A stretch of DNA of 64,000 nucleotides from a virus (IMGVR_UViG_3300028591_000076:1-64000); one strand, 5' to 3'; numbered from the stretch's first letter, positions 47,834 to 57,954 are shown. Notes: generated by a model from the sequence alone, not told the origin. Program-made: numbers and translations.

Positions 47834-50119
47834 TTAAATATGCTTTTCTTCGCCATAATTTTTAATATTTTCTCTAGCAATTTTTAATTGCTGATTTATA
47901 TTTACACCTGACTCTCTAAGAGCTGTTGCAGCAGCTGAAGCTGATAATGCAGTTTCTATAGTAGATAATTTATTATCTTTTGCAGAGGCCAATTTAGTAA
48001 TCTTTTTAGGTTTGTTAGCTCGTATACCCTGCATAAGCTCATTTACTTGCGCTTCATTTAATTTTGTTTTTCCGCCTTTTTTATTATTAGAAATAACCTT
48101 AAAAGACTCATAAACTTCTGAGCCCTCTGTTATTTTTGGTACATATAGGCAGTGTTTTTTAGTATTCGCATTATTCCAGTCGGAAAGACTATTTGACTCA
48201 ACAAAATGCATATAAATATCATCAGCAGCATTTTTATAGCGTTCTCTTATTTCTCTAAGATGTTCTAATTCACGTTCTTTCTTTTCTCTTAAATACTTTT
48301 TCTTTTTAAGATTTATTCTTTTAGACTCTGGTAATTCATCTGCTCCGCCTGCATCATCACCACCGCCCATATCATCGCCACCAAAATCATCACTACCACC
48401 GCCAAGGTCGTCACCGCCAAACTCGTCGTCGCCACCATCAGAATTTTTAGCTGGCTTTAAGAATGCTGATAATCTCATCCATTTTTGTACTTCAGTTGGG
48501 TCTAAGAATGAGTATTTAGAAAGAATATCTGTTACAACGTCTTCCGGTAAGGTATCTTCATCACTTATACCTAATACATCTTTAAGTAAGTCAACAATAG
48601 CCTGAGATAAGTCAATTGAAGACTGTCTAGCCTGACGTTTTTCATCTGACATCTCTATAGCTGGGAAGCGCATACTTAAAATAAAAGGAGTATTATAATC
48701 AAATTCACCAGTTATTGCATAGTGCATACGAATAAGCATACCTATAGTATCAAGGACTATCGACTGAATTGAGTATACATGTCTAGCAAATGGCTTATAT
48801 TGTTCCATAAGTGATATACCAGAAACATAGGTACTGCCTTCTCCACCATTTGGGTCAAGATATCCGAGTGGTATATTCGCAGCATAAGCTACACGTTTTT
48901 GGTAATTTTCCAAGTCTTCAATAAAGTCCATATCACATTTAGACTCTTTTACATCTATATCAAGAAGTTCACTTGGAACCCAAATTTTAGTATTTACGGT
49001 ATATACTTCTGAACCAGCACCCGCTGGTGAAACACCTAGATTATCATATTGTTGTCTAACATTATTTACAGTATCAAAAGCTTGAGTTGGCGTAAGTCCT
49101 TTAGGCGTTGTTACCTTATACATTGTGACCGGAAAGCTCATAGAACGAGCTAAGCCTTGTAAGGCCATAGTTGAATGTGCTTGCTTAAATGGCGCTAAAC
49201 ACTGAATTAGAGGAGGCCTTCCATATGGATAGAATTCAGAATGGTCCATATTAAATCTAAAATGAGAAATAAGCCAAGGAGGAGCGATAATACCGTCATG
49301 TAATTCATAGCCTAAAAGCTTATCATCAAACATATCAGCTAAGTTTTCAGCTTCATCCATTGACTCTTTAGATTTTAAGAGATTTACTAAATCTTTTATT
49401 TTCGAGCCTCTATCACGATTTGCTGTCATCCAACCGTCTCTTTCAGCTAGGAACTTAGCAACATGTATTGGAGAAAACTCTAGTCTTTCCATTACTGCAT
49501 TTACAGGAATAGGTTTAATTCTTTCAATACCATTAGTTCCAACTTTATGGGCCCAGAATGACTCTCCATATAGCTCAAGATCAAAACAAACTGCATTTAA
49601 GCGGGCTTGTGTAATACCCCAAGAATTCAAGAGATTATATGTATGCTCTACAAAGTTTATATTTGGAGACTCAATAGAGATTATACGGTCTTGAACATCT
49701 TGCTGAGTTGCTTCATCTGCAACTAAGTGGCAGGCTCTAGAAATAAATGGGTCATTATAATACATGAAAGAAAGCTCATTTAATCTAGCTTGTCTATCTT
49801 GAATATCATCGTAAGATACAGTTGTGTCATTTAAGTAAGCGTCTAAATAATGCTCTACTGTTGAATTTAACTTTTGACTTCTATAAACTGCGCCTTTAGC
49901 AGCATTTTTTACTCTATAAGCGTCATTATTTAGGTCTACACGAACAAATTTGATACCTGTTCTTTTTTCTATTTCAGTTTCTGGCTTTTCATTTTTATTT
50001 AATGTTCTAAAACCAAAAATGCTATTAAGCCTATTTATAAAAGATGAATTTATAATACTTGATTTCGGCTTTTGGCCTGAAATATAGATATTATCTTCAT
50101 TTAACTTTTGTTTTGCCAT
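47834..50119 (-). CDS. portal protein (T4 gp20-like)
   Basis: I..A..LVADEAT, LELYGESF, ISHFR, PYGRPPL, IEDLENY...NIPLGYL; Gly/Asp tail. Confidence 0.88.
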   Translation of the reverse strand: MAKQKLNEDNIYISGQKPKSSIINSSFINRLNSIFGFRTLNKNEKPETEIEKRTGIKFVRVDLNNDAYRVKNAAKGAVYRSQKLNSTVEHYLDAYLNDTTVSYDDIQDRQARLNELSFMYYNDPFISRACHLVADEATQQDVQDRIISIESPNINFVEHTYNLLNSWGITQARLNAVCFDLELYGESFWAHKVGTNGIERIKPIPVNAVMERLEFSPIHVAKFLAERDGWMTANRDRGSKIKDLVNLLKSKESMDEAENLADMFDDKLLGYELHDGIIAPPWLISHFRFNMDHSEFYPYGRPPLIQCLAPFKQAHSTMALQGLARSMSFPVTMYKVTTPKGLTPTQAFDTVNNVRQQYDNLGVSPAGAGSEVYTVNTKIWVPSELLDIDVKESKCDMDFIEDLENYQKRVAYAANIPLGYLDPNGGEGSTYVSGISLMEQYKPFARHVYSIQSIVLDTIGMLIRMHYAITGEFDYNTPFILSMRFPAIEMSDEKRQARQSSIDLSQAIVDLLKDVLGISDEDTLPEDVVTDILSKYSFLDPTEVQKWMRLSAFLKPAKNSDGGDDEFGGDDLGGGSDDFGGDDMGGGDDAGGADELPESKRINLKKKKYLREKKERELEHLREIRERYKNAADDIYMHFVESNSLSDWNNANTKKHCLYVPKITEGSEVYESFKVISNNKKGGKTKLNEAQVNELMQGIRANKPKKITKLASAKDNKLSTIETALSASAAATALRESGVNINQQLKIARENIKNYGEEKHI

Positions 50120-50130
50120 ATTTTAATGTC

Positions 50131-50385
50131 CTAGTATTTTATATCATCTACAAGGGGTACTTCAATTGTACTAAAACTTATTGGAATGCCCTTACGTCCA
50201 TACTCATAGATTCTTTCAATAAAATATTGAATTTCACGTACAGTTTTTTGTAAATCAGGCTTAGCTCTTGTCTCATCTGCACTATTATATAACATATAGG
50301 TATCAAGAACTTTACCACAATCAATTAGTGAAATTTTAGTCATTATTTCGTCATCTTGAGTAAAATTTATAGTTTTTAATTCCAT
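50131..50385 (-). CDS. hypothetical protein
   Basis: 84 aa in head operon. Confidence 0.65.
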   Translation of the reverse strand: MELKTINFTQDDEIMTKISLIDCGKVLDTYMLYNSADETRAKPDLQKTVREIQYFIERIYEYGRKGIPISFSTIEVPLVDDIKY

Positions 50386-50387
50386 AA

Positions 50388-50894
50388 TTATTCTTTAGTT
50401 TTTTTGGTTTTCTTATCTTTCTTAGCTTCTGCGCCATGCATTATAAATCTTTGTTTATTTGCTAAATATAAATTTCTATAATTTTGGTCATCCGCTATTT
50501 CAAAACCAGAAGTTACTCCAATTGCATATATAATTCTAATATAATTTTCTATTTCAGTTCTTAATATACTTTCATATCCAATATTTAATACACCATCTTC
50601 TTGATTAGAGACTACCGCTTGTAATAAGCCATTAATAGCTTGTAATCCCATTTCGTCTTTAATAAAATTATCTGGCAACATCTGTGTAAGTTCTTTACTT
50701 TTTTCTATATCACCTACACTTTTAGAGATATTCTTAAATTTTATTATGGACATAATACCTTCATTAAAGGCTTCAGATGCAATAATTCCAATATCTGACT
50801 CTATCTTTTTTGGTGTATTAAATTTAGCATTTGTTGAAACTCTTTTAACTTCTTCTTTAAAAGCCATCGAATTTAAATATTCTGTTATACTCAA
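50388..50894 (-). CDS. hypothetical protein
   Basis: 168 aa, GAGG + TTG, ACTAATT upstream. Confidence 0.7.
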   Translation of the reverse strand: MSITEYLNSMAFKEEVKRVSTNAKFNTPKKIESDIGIIASEAFNEGIMSIIKFKNISKSVGDIEKSKELTQMLPDNFIKDEMGLQAINGLLQAVVSNQEDGVLNIGYESILRTEIENYIRIIYAIGVTSGFEIADDQNYRNLYLANKQRFIMHGAEAKKDKKTKKTKE

Positions 50895-50982
50895 AATTAA
50901 ACCTCTTTCTAAATTAGTTTAAAATTTGTTTTTTCACTAATATATAATATATATTATCTAAAATAAGGAAATACTATAGAAA

Positions 50983-52023
50983 ATGAATATTATTATACCT
51001 ACTGATGACCAAGGTAATATGACTTCGTTAGATAATCTGCATAATGCTGTTTTTCTTGCTGGACCATGTCCTAGAGAAGATTATGAGAAAAACGACGTTT
51101 GGAGAAAAGAAGCATATTCAATTTTTGAAGATATTGGCTTTGACGGTGATATTTTAAATCCAACAAATAAAAATTATGGCTTAATGAAAGACCTAACAAA
51201 GCAAACAGATTGGGAAAATGAAGCAATGCATAAAGCATCCGCTATTATTTTCTATCTTGAAAGAACTGAGAAGAATCCGGGATTTACATCAAATGTAGAA
51301 ATAGGCATGTGGCTTAAATCAAATAATATTTTTGTGTGTATTCCAGACGACTCAAGAAAAAAGAATGCAAATGCTTATATTCGTATTAAGTGTGACCAAG
51401 CTGGCATACCCGTTTTTAATACATTAGAAGAAACAATTATTGCTGTAGATGAAAGGCTTAATAGGGAAGAATCAAAAAAATGGTTTATTTCTGATACTCA
51501 TTTTAGCCAGCAAAGAACATTAGACTTTAGTAAAAGGCCATTTAGAAATGTAAGAGAAATGGATTTAGATATAATTTCTAATTGGAATAAAACTGTTAGT
51601 GTAAATGATGATGTTTATGTACTTGGCGACTTTGGGGAAAATGATAAATATCTAGACTGCCTTAATTTCAAAACATTACATTTTGTTAAAGGCAACTATG
51701 AACGTGATAAAGTTCCAGACTTAGTAGAGTCTCTAAAAAAACGAAAAAATGTAAAAGTCTATAATAATGATGAATGTAAAATAAAAGTTGGCGATTTTAA
51801 TTGTGTATTACGTCATGAGCCAATAACAGATTATAAATTAAAAGATGATGAATTTGTACTTTATGGACATATTCATGGACGTCAGTTTATAAAAAATAAA
51901 GGATTAGATGTTGGTGTTGATTGTCATAACTTTACGCCAGTATCGGAAGAAGACGTAGCGTTTTATTTAAATGCTATAGATAAAGGCTATTATGATAATC
52001 AAGTTATGAATAAAATAAACTAA
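50983..52023 (+). CDS. nucleoside 2-deoxyribosyltransferase-like domain fused to metallophosphoesterase
   Basis: VFLAGP..WR..NP..QTDWE..TSNVEIG, then ISDTHF, LGDF, GNYE, RHEP, GHIH, DVGVD. Confidence 0.88.
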   Translation: MNIIIPTDDQGNMTSLDNLHNAVFLAGPCPREDYEKNDVWRKEAYSIFEDIGFDGDILNPTNKNYGLMKDLTKQTDWENEAMHKASAIIFYLERTEKNPGFTSNVEIGMWLKSNNIFVCIPDDSRKKNANAYIRIKCDQAGIPVFNTLEETIIAVDERLNREESKKWFISDTHFSQQRTLDFSKRPFRNVREMDLDIISNWNKTVSVNDDVYVLGDFGENDKYLDCLNFKTLHFVKGNYERDKVPDLVESLKKRKNVKVYNNDECKIKVGDFNCVLRHEPITDYKLKDDEFVLYGHIHGRQFIKNKGLDVGVDCHNFTPVSEEDVAFYLNAIDKGYYDNQVMNKIN

Positions 52024-52027
52024 AATT

Positions 52028-52055
52028 AAAAAAGCTGCCTAAATGGCAGCTTTTT
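52028..52055. terminator. bidirectional intrinsic terminator
   Basis: AAAAAGCTGCC..GGCAGCTTTTT. Confidence 0.88.
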
Positions 52056-52057
52056 AT

Positions 52058-52600
52058 TTATAAATCATATTTTAATGCATCAATAAGCTCTTGAATATCT
52101 ATATTTTTTAAGTTTGCTTGCTGAATAATCATTTTAGCAAAATTACTAACTTCAGACCCATATACTATATCGTCGCCTATATTTTTTAATGTTATCTCTT
52201 TTCTATTAACTTCTATATAATTACTAATATAGTCTAAGGTTTCTTGTGGAATTTCAATTTTTTTGGCGGACACAACCTCATCTTTCATAATATGTCTATT
52301 ATTAGATATAGTTCTAAAAACGCCATTTGATAAAAAACATAAAATTGGCTCTGGCGAACGTAATGTAAGAACTACATAATAATTTACATTAAATTCGTCT
52401 TCTTCAAAATTATCCTTTTGCCAATCAACATATTTTTTAACTTCTTCTTCAAAAGACTTTTTTAAGCCCGACTCATAGAAACTTTTTGCGAATTTTTCAA
52501 GCGGTATTTTTTCATTATCAATTGTTACAAACTGGTCCTTTAATTGTTCAGCATATTTACCATCAAACTTAAAATTATCTAATATATCTTTTTTTGTCAT
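52058..52600 (-). CDS. hypothetical protein
   Basis: 180 aa coupled to Nudix gene. Confidence 0.7.
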   Translation of the reverse strand: MTKKDILDNFKFDGKYAEQLKDQFVTIDNEKIPLEKFAKSFYESGLKKSFEEEVKKYVDWQKDNFEEDEFNVNYYVVLTLRSPEPILCFLSNGVFRTISNNRHIMKDEVVSAKKIEIPQETLDYISNYIEVNRKEITLKNIGDDIVYGSEVSNFAKMIIQQANLKNIDIQELIDALKYDL

Positions 52601-53043
52601 TAGTAAACCTCTAATTTAGAAAAAGCCTGTTTAAGAACTACTTTTAGTGTTTTATATACATATGATTTTTCTAGGTCATCATTCTCAAAGTCAAAATATA
52701 AAAAGCTATCCATTTCAGGTTTTTGTTTACCTGTATATATGTCAGTAAAATATGAGTCACAGTAGAGCTGGTCAATAAGAATATCTTTTTCTAGATAATA
52801 AAGCTTAAGTGTATCTCCTTTTACATAAGGGTAATCGCCAATAAAAGTAAAATTATCATTAGAAATATTTAAGCCACACTCTTCTTTTACTTCTCTAATT
52901 AGAGCTTCTTTTGGGTCTTCATTTGGTTCTACATGGCCTTTTATAATATCCCAACAAAATGGTGGCTTTCTACCTGTAGCATGTGCTAATAAAATATTAT
53001 TTGTACCCTTATTTCTTAATAAAATACCTACTCTAAGTGCCAT
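52600..53043 (-). CDS. Nudix hydrolase
   Basis: KGHVEPNEDPKEALIREVKEECGL Nudix box. Confidence 0.95.
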   Translation of the reverse strand: MALRVGILLRNKGTNNILLAHATGRKPPFCWDIIKGHVEPNEDPKEALIREVKEECGLNISNDNFTFIGDYPYVKGDTLKLYYLEKDILIDQLYCDSYFTDIYTGKQKPEMDSFLYFDFENDDLEKSYVYKTLKVVLKQAFSKLEVY

Positions 53044-53054
53044 TTTTTAATTCC

Positions 53055-53495
53055 TTAAATATCTCTAAAAACTACAATTGGTAATGATTTTTTTAATAAA
53101 CTTAAAATATCAGTATCACAAAATCCATACCAAATTTTATTAATTTTCGCTAAGTCTTTTTTAGACTCACAAACATAAATTGTTTCAACTTCACAACATC
53201 CACAACAAATGCACTTCTTAAATTCAGTTTGTTCTAACTTGTTAATAACATCTGAAACGGTCAATATTGAGAGACGTTCATAGATAGAGTCATCTCCCGT
53301 ATAGTCATCCATATAGTTATTATCAAAAGTTAGATGGTCTTTCTCTTCTTGGATAGACTGTGCTATATCAAATCCGTTGCAAGAGGGACAGCCATCACCA
53401 TCTTGAAACGCGATATATGCATTCGGTAAATTTAAATTTTTTAAGATTGCATAAATATTCTTATTAGAAATATCTTTAATATCAATTTCTTTCAT
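53055..53495 (-). CDS. hypothetical Cys-containing protein
   Basis: CPSC and CICCGCC. Confidence 0.65.
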   Translation of the reverse strand: MKEIDIKDISNKNIYAILKNLNLPNAYIAFQDGDGCPSCNGFDIAQSIQEEKDHLTFDNNYMDDYTGDDSIYERLSILTVSDVINKLEQTEFKKCICCGCCEVETIYVCESKKDLAKINKIWYGFCDTDILSLLKKSLPIVVFRDI

Positions 53496-53551
53496 AAAAA
53501 TCTCCTTTTTAAAATATGTAATAATCTATAATAATATGTAAGCATAAATAG

Positions 53552-53584
53552 AAAAGTCCTATAAACTTATAATTTATAGGACTT
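53552..53584 (-). terminator. intrinsic terminator after RNA ligase
   Basis: AAGTCCTATAAA..TTTATAGGACTT. Confidence 0.75.
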
Positions 53585-53603
53585 ATAATCTGATAATCTT
53601 AAA

Positions 53604-54875
53604 TTACCATTCTACTTTAGCTTTTACGCCTAAATCATTCATAATAGGAAGGTAAATATCAGTATATCCTTTTTTAAGATTTATCATTTTTTCTTTAATC
53701 ATTTTAGCAATTGGTTTTCCATCAGCAGCTGAAAAATAAATATTTCTTAAATTTGGCTTAACCTGACCATTTACAAATTCCGCAAAATGTTTTCTATTAT
53801 GTTTTGAGTCATTATCCCAAACATCAATAGCATAAGCAACTTCAGCATCTAATTTTTTATTGAACTCAACTAACTGCTTTACTTGCGCATCTATTTTATC
53901 TTTAAGCTCTGGCGCATTTGGAAGAATATCATCATACTGCTCAGATATAACTAAACGCCAAATACCTTCAGGATTATCATTGTCTCTAACGAATTTCATA
54001 TTAAGATATGATGGCGACTTCATTTTTACACGAGTCCAATTTTCCTCATCAACAACAACAAATCCTTCATTTTCAATGCCATTCATTTTCGAAAGCGCTT
54101 CAAGAATATCTTCGCGCTTATTAAGGTCCCAGCGTTTTGGAATATCAAATGGTATACCAAACATTGTGGCTACTTCTTCTGGGCTATGCTCAATACCTTC
54201 AGCGTCTCTAGCCCCATGGAACCAAAGCTTAGTATCTGAATATTTTACAATAATACGATTTTGTGGAGAGGTAAGCTCAAACATTAGAGTCCAACCATCT
54301 GGCACTTTATCAAGCCAACTAGCAACTACATGGAAGTCTATTCTCTTATTATCTTTATCAGTAAGAATATTACAAACAGCATTTGGATCAGCATTAGCTA
54401 TTGCGGAAGACATTAAATCAAAGTAGTCTTTAACTGTTTCAGTTTCATAGTCAAGTGGAGTAAAAAGGCCCGTTCCGCCATTAGTTACCCAATAGTCTCG
54501 TCCTTTATACTTAAAACACTTATTTAATTGACCATCCACTTTAAGCTCTGTTTTAAGTTTTTTAGAGTCCCAGTTAATTTTGTCTGCGTGTGGGTCGTTA
54601 ATATCAAAGAACTTAAGATAAGGAGCACAAATTACATTTACAGTCCCATCAGGAAGAACTTCAACTACAGTACCACGGCACTGTTTAACAATTTTATTAC
54701 TTAAGTCAGAAGAAAACAAATTATAAACTAGCATCCACCAAGTAGGATGATTTTCAAATTGCTTTATTGCTTGTAAATTATATGGCGCTTTTTTAAGTTT
54801 ATCAACCCAAGCATTATTTTTAAAATTTTTCTTAATAAATTCTTCCAACTCTTCAAAATTTTTCATAAAAACCAC
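53604..54875 (-). CDS. RNA ligase 1 (T4 Rnl1/RnlA family)
   Basis: CRG, KFF, KVDGQL (motif I), FELTSPQNRIIV, EGFVV, RVKMKSPSY. Confidence 0.92.
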   Translation of the reverse strand: MVFMKNFEELEEFIKKNFKNNAWVDKLKKAPYNLQAIKQFENHPTWWMLVYNLFSSDLSNKIVKQCRGTVVEVLPDGTVNVICAPYLKFFDINDPHADKINWDSKKLKTELKVDGQLNKCFKYKGRDYWVTNGGTGLFTPLDYETETVKDYFDLMSSAIANADPNAVCNILTDKDNKRIDFHVVASWLDKVPDGWTLMFELTSPQNRIIVKYSDTKLWFHGARDAEGIEHSPEEVATMFGIPFDIPKRWDLNKREDILEALSKMNGIENEGFVVVDEENWTRVKMKSPSYLNMKFVRDNDNPEGIWRLVISEQYDDILPNAPELKDKIDAQVKQLVEFNKKLDAEVAYAIDVWDNDSKHNRKHFAEFVNGQVKPNLRNIYFSAADGKPIAKMIKEKMINLKKGYTDIYLPIMNDLGVKAKVEW

Positions 54876-54887
54876 TCCTTTGCTATA

Positions 54888-55151
54888 TTATATAATCTTT
54901 TTCATATATAACTTATAGCCGCTATAATTTCTATTCACTAAGTCTAACGCTTCTTCATATGAATAATGAATAGCACCATCAATGCCATTCGCGTCTTCTT
55001 CTACATTATAAACTTTGGTAGGACACCAATCTGGATGTACAGAATTATGCGTAAAAATAAATCTATTATATCCTAGTTCATCTGGCTTATCTGTTTCTGC
55101 AATAATAATATATTTAGAATTATCCATAATAAATTTCCTCAATATTGGCAT
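54888..55151 (-). CDS. hypothetical protein
   Basis: likely start MDNSK. Confidence 0.6.
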   Translation of the reverse strand: MPILRKFIMDNSKYIIIAETDKPDELGYNRFIFTHNSVHPDWCPTKVYNVEEDANGIDGAIHYSYEEALDLVNRNYSGYKLYMKKII

Positions 55152-55527
55152 TATTATATAAATGTTCTAAAAATTTAATAGTATGTTCTTCATCTACTAA
55201 TGTATAATATTTATTTGTTTCAAAGTTTATATTACTATTATTGTTACTTAATTCACAAACTAAAAACTGTCCCATAGGATCAGAGTCTAGCATTTCCTTA
55301 TCGGCATATTTTCTAAAAATAAAAAATATAGAGGTATTTGACATATTTAACTTAGCATTATATATAATTTGATAGGGCCCAATGTTAAAATAGTTATCAA
55401 TACCGTCCTTTGATATGCTAATTAAATATTCTAAGTAATTTCTATAAATTTCTTTATTAGATAATATATTATTTTTAATTTTTTGAAATAAATATTCATT
55501 AGCGGCAGACTCTACTTGCGAAAACAT
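55120..55527 (-). CDS. hypothetical protein, paralog family with 55639, 56422, 57595
   Basis: GQFLVCEL..FETNKY..IKFLEHLY; ends IEEIYYG. Confidence 0.7.
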   Translation of the reverse strand: MFSQVESAANEYLFQKIKNNILSNKEIYRNYLEYLISISKDGIDNYFNIGPYQIIYNAKLNMSNTSIFFIFRKYADKEMLDSDPMGQFLVCELSNNNSNINFETNKYYTLVDEEHTIKFLEHLYNNANIEEIYYG

Positions 55528-55638
55528 TTATTCTCCATAAAAAATCTTATTTCAATATTATTTATAATATGTAGGATATACTGTGCTAGTGTGAATGGAT
55601 ATTTTGCTAAAGACTAAATATTCTTTTAAATTATATAA

Positions 55639-56037
55639 TTAAAAATATTCTTGTAATATTGAGTTTTTATATTGCTTTAAGTTATATAAATCATCCAAAA
55701 ATTTTAGTATTAGTCTTTCTTCACTCTCTGAAATATAGCGGTTACCCTCAAAATCTACTTTGATATTATTTAACTCAAACCATAAAAACTGTCCAAATAC
55801 TTCTTCATTATCTCTATTAAGAGGACCAAAAGCAAAAAAAGTAAAGGTTTTGGTAATAGAATTATAATTCCACTTTATTTCAAATTCATTAAAAAATAAA
55901 GATTTACAATCATCACCTATACAGTCTATTCCAATTGCTCTATATAATATTGCTGAATAAGCTTTTTCTCTAGAAGTTATTTTTTTATAGATTTCTTTCG
56001 CTAACTGCTCATTTTCCATTATAGTATGCGTAAACAT
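55639..56037 (-). CDS. hypothetical protein, paralog of 55120..55527
   Basis: GQFLWFEL..FEGNRY..LKFLDDLY; ends ILQEYF. Confidence 0.7.
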   Translation of the reverse strand: MFTHTIMENEQLAKEIYKKITSREKAYSAILYRAIGIDCIGDDCKSLFFNEFEIKWNYNSITKTFTFFAFGPLNRDNEEVFGQFLWFELNNIKVDFEGNRYISESEERLILKFLDDLYNLKQYKNSILQEYF

Positions 56038-56038
56038 T

Positions 56039-56419
56039 CTAATCTGCCTTTTCTAACTTTACTTTAAGAGGTTTAGCTGGAATATTTTCAAATTCAGTAT
56101 TTACCATACAAACTATATCTTCTAGAATATTCCTGCTCATCGGATAATTCTGTATATATAAATAAGAAGCTAATCCAATCTTTTTCTCATCATTCTTAAA
56201 AATTGCTCTAAAATATGGTAACATATAAGAATAATATGATATATATGCACGTGCTAAATTTGTTGATGAGTCTAATTCTGCATCAAGTTCAGAAGTTTTT
56301 ATTTTTGTAACACAGCCTGATGATTTTGACCTTATAATTTGCTCTATTATAGTTTTTAGATTAACTATAAAAAGAATTACTGTAATTGCTATAATTACTA
56401 ATGATAATAATTGGTCCAT
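56039..56419 (-). CDS. hypothetical protein with N-terminal TM helix
   Basis: hydrophobic N-terminus. Confidence 0.65.
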   Translation of the reverse strand: MDQLLSLVIIAITVILFIVNLKTIIEQIIRSKSSGCVTKIKTSELDAELDSSTNLARAYISYYSYMLPYFRAIFKNDEKKIGLASYLYIQNYPMSRNILEDIVCMVNTEFENIPAKPLKVKLEKAD

Positions 56420-56421
56420 TT

Positions 56422-56769
56422 TTATTCTCCATAATAATCGTCTACTTTATTTTCAAACTTAATATAACTTAAGAATTTAGACAAGAGTCTATCTTCTCTT
56501 TCTGTTTCTATATCAGAAAAAAAGCCAGATGCTAAATTATAACTTAAAAAAGTTTGCATTCCAAAGTTTACTAAAACTTTATCAGCCTGTCTATAATCAG
56601 GATGTACATACATAAGAATACTAAAAGGACCAAGCTTTTTCTCATAAAATGCTTGAAAAGAACCCTCATATAAAAGATTTATAATTTTAGCATTCTTAAA
56701 ATCTAGCTTAGAAATATAAACTTCTATTAAGTCTCGATCTTCGAATGGCATAAAAAAACCTGTACCCAT
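56422..56769 (-). CDS. hypothetical protein (YY-motif group)
   Basis: LLSKFLSY; ends VDDYYGE. Confidence 0.65.
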   Translation of the reverse strand: MGTGFFMPFEDRDLIEVYISKLDFKNAKIINLLYEGSFQAFYEKKLGPFSILMYVHPDYRQADKVLVNFGMQTFLSYNLASGFFSDIETEREDRLLSKFLSYIKFENKVDDYYGE

Positions 56770-56773
56770 AATA

Positions 56774-57181
56774 TTAAAAATAATTACTAGCGATACTTAT
56801 AGAATGCATTATCGCATTTTTATCTCTATAAAATATAACTGTAAATTTTTTCTTAAATACCTTTATAAAAGTACATTCCATATTATTAGACTTCTTAAAA
56901 ATACTAACTTGAGAAAGATAGCCCTCATTTAATAATCTTCCAATACTACAATCTTTATAATATTTTGCATAGCGCTCATAATTTAAAAATGTAGTAACTT
57001 TATATTTATCATCTAAGGGTACAGAGTATTTTGTTAGGCCATATCCATCATCAAATATTTTTTCTGTACTCATTTCATTATCATTAAAAGTATTATCAAT
57101 CTTAAAATCTGATAAAGTTAAAGACTCTAAAAACTCTGCAATTTGATTTATTTCATTTATGTCTTCTATGCTATTAAACAT
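56774..57181 (-). CDS. hypothetical protein (YF-motif group)
   Basis: ends IASNYF. Confidence 0.65.
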   Translation of the reverse strand: MFNSIEDINEINQIAEFLESLTLSDFKIDNTFNDNEMSTEKIFDDGYGLTKYSVPLDDKYKVTTFLNYERYAKYYKDCSIGRLLNEGYLSQVSIFKKSNNMECTFIKVFKKKFTVIFYRDKNAIMHSISIASNYF

Positions 57182-57187
57182 ATTATT

Positions 57188-57589
57188 TTATTCGTTAAGA
57201 CAAATATAATATTTACTATCTTCGCCTTGTATTATTTGTAAATTATGACCATTTTTACAAGTAAAGCCCCATATAGCTTCTACTTTGGAATTATTAGTAT
57301 CTTCCCAAGCGCATTTTGTTTCTACATCAATATCAGTCACTACATTTTCATATGTATCTACTTTTTGCGCTGTAACTTTAATGCATTGTGGCACATCATC
57401 TACGGTAAATCGCCATTTTATACCAGTTGATCTTTCCAAAGAAAATTTTAAATAGTATGTATAAAGGTCATCTATATCAAAAAGTGAAGCCTTATCAATA
57501 GTAGTAAAATTAAATTGACCACATAAATTTGATAAGTAACAATCATTATTATTACTATTTCCTTGTGCTAATAGCGTGTCCATACCCAT
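57188..57589 (-). CDS. hypothetical protein
   Basis: 133-aa ORF in operon. Confidence 0.65.
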   Translation of the reverse strand: MGMDTLLAQGNSNNNDCYLSNLCGQFNFTTIDKASLFDIDDLYTYYLKFSLERSTGIKWRFTVDDVPQCIKVTAQKVDTYENVVTDIDVETKCAWEDTNNSKVEAIWGFTCKNGHNLQIIQGEDSKYYICLNE

Positions 57590-57594
57590 TACCT

Positions 57595-57954
57595 CTATTC
57601 ATAATATTCCATTTCTGAAAGATGCATATAAAATTGACTTAAGAACTTTAATACAAGCGTTTTATTAGGCCCAGAAATAAATGTGCATTCTTCTTTATCT
57701 GAGAATCTAGAAATTCCATAATAAATAACTTGTTCTTCATTATGGAATACTCTAAATTCATAAGTAAAGTTTTTGCTATAGCTATCTATAATACCTTTAA
57801 CCTTAAAACTACCAATATCAAATTCTAAATCTGAATTTTTTACTTTCTCTATGAAAAAATCAAAAACTTTATCTTCGCTTTTATTAAAAAATTCTTTTAT
57901 TTCTTCATAAGCACTCTTATCTATTAAGCAATTAATTTTTAATGGATATGCCAT
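57595..57954 (-). CDS. hypothetical protein (YY-motif group)
   Basis: LVLKFLSQFY; ends LSEMEYYE. Confidence 0.65.
   Translation of the reverse strand: MAYPLKINCLIDKSAYEEIKEFFNKSEDKVFDFFIEKVKNSDLEFDIGSFKVKGIIDSYSKNFTYEFRVFHNEEQVIYYGISRFSDKEECTFISGPNKTLVLKFLSQFYMHLSEMEYYE

Noticed and set aside
48340-48445. GC-rich repetitive tract in the portal gene
   Set aside because: Encodes an in-frame Gly/Asp low-complexity linker (GGDD repeats), as often seen in T4-like portal tails.
3094-57430. Antisense or overlapping ORFs such as 3094..3297, 5960..6424, 13026..13556, 45438..45863, 45566..45859, 53860..54426
   Set aside because: Shadow frames of well-supported genes, with no RBS or recognisable motifs.
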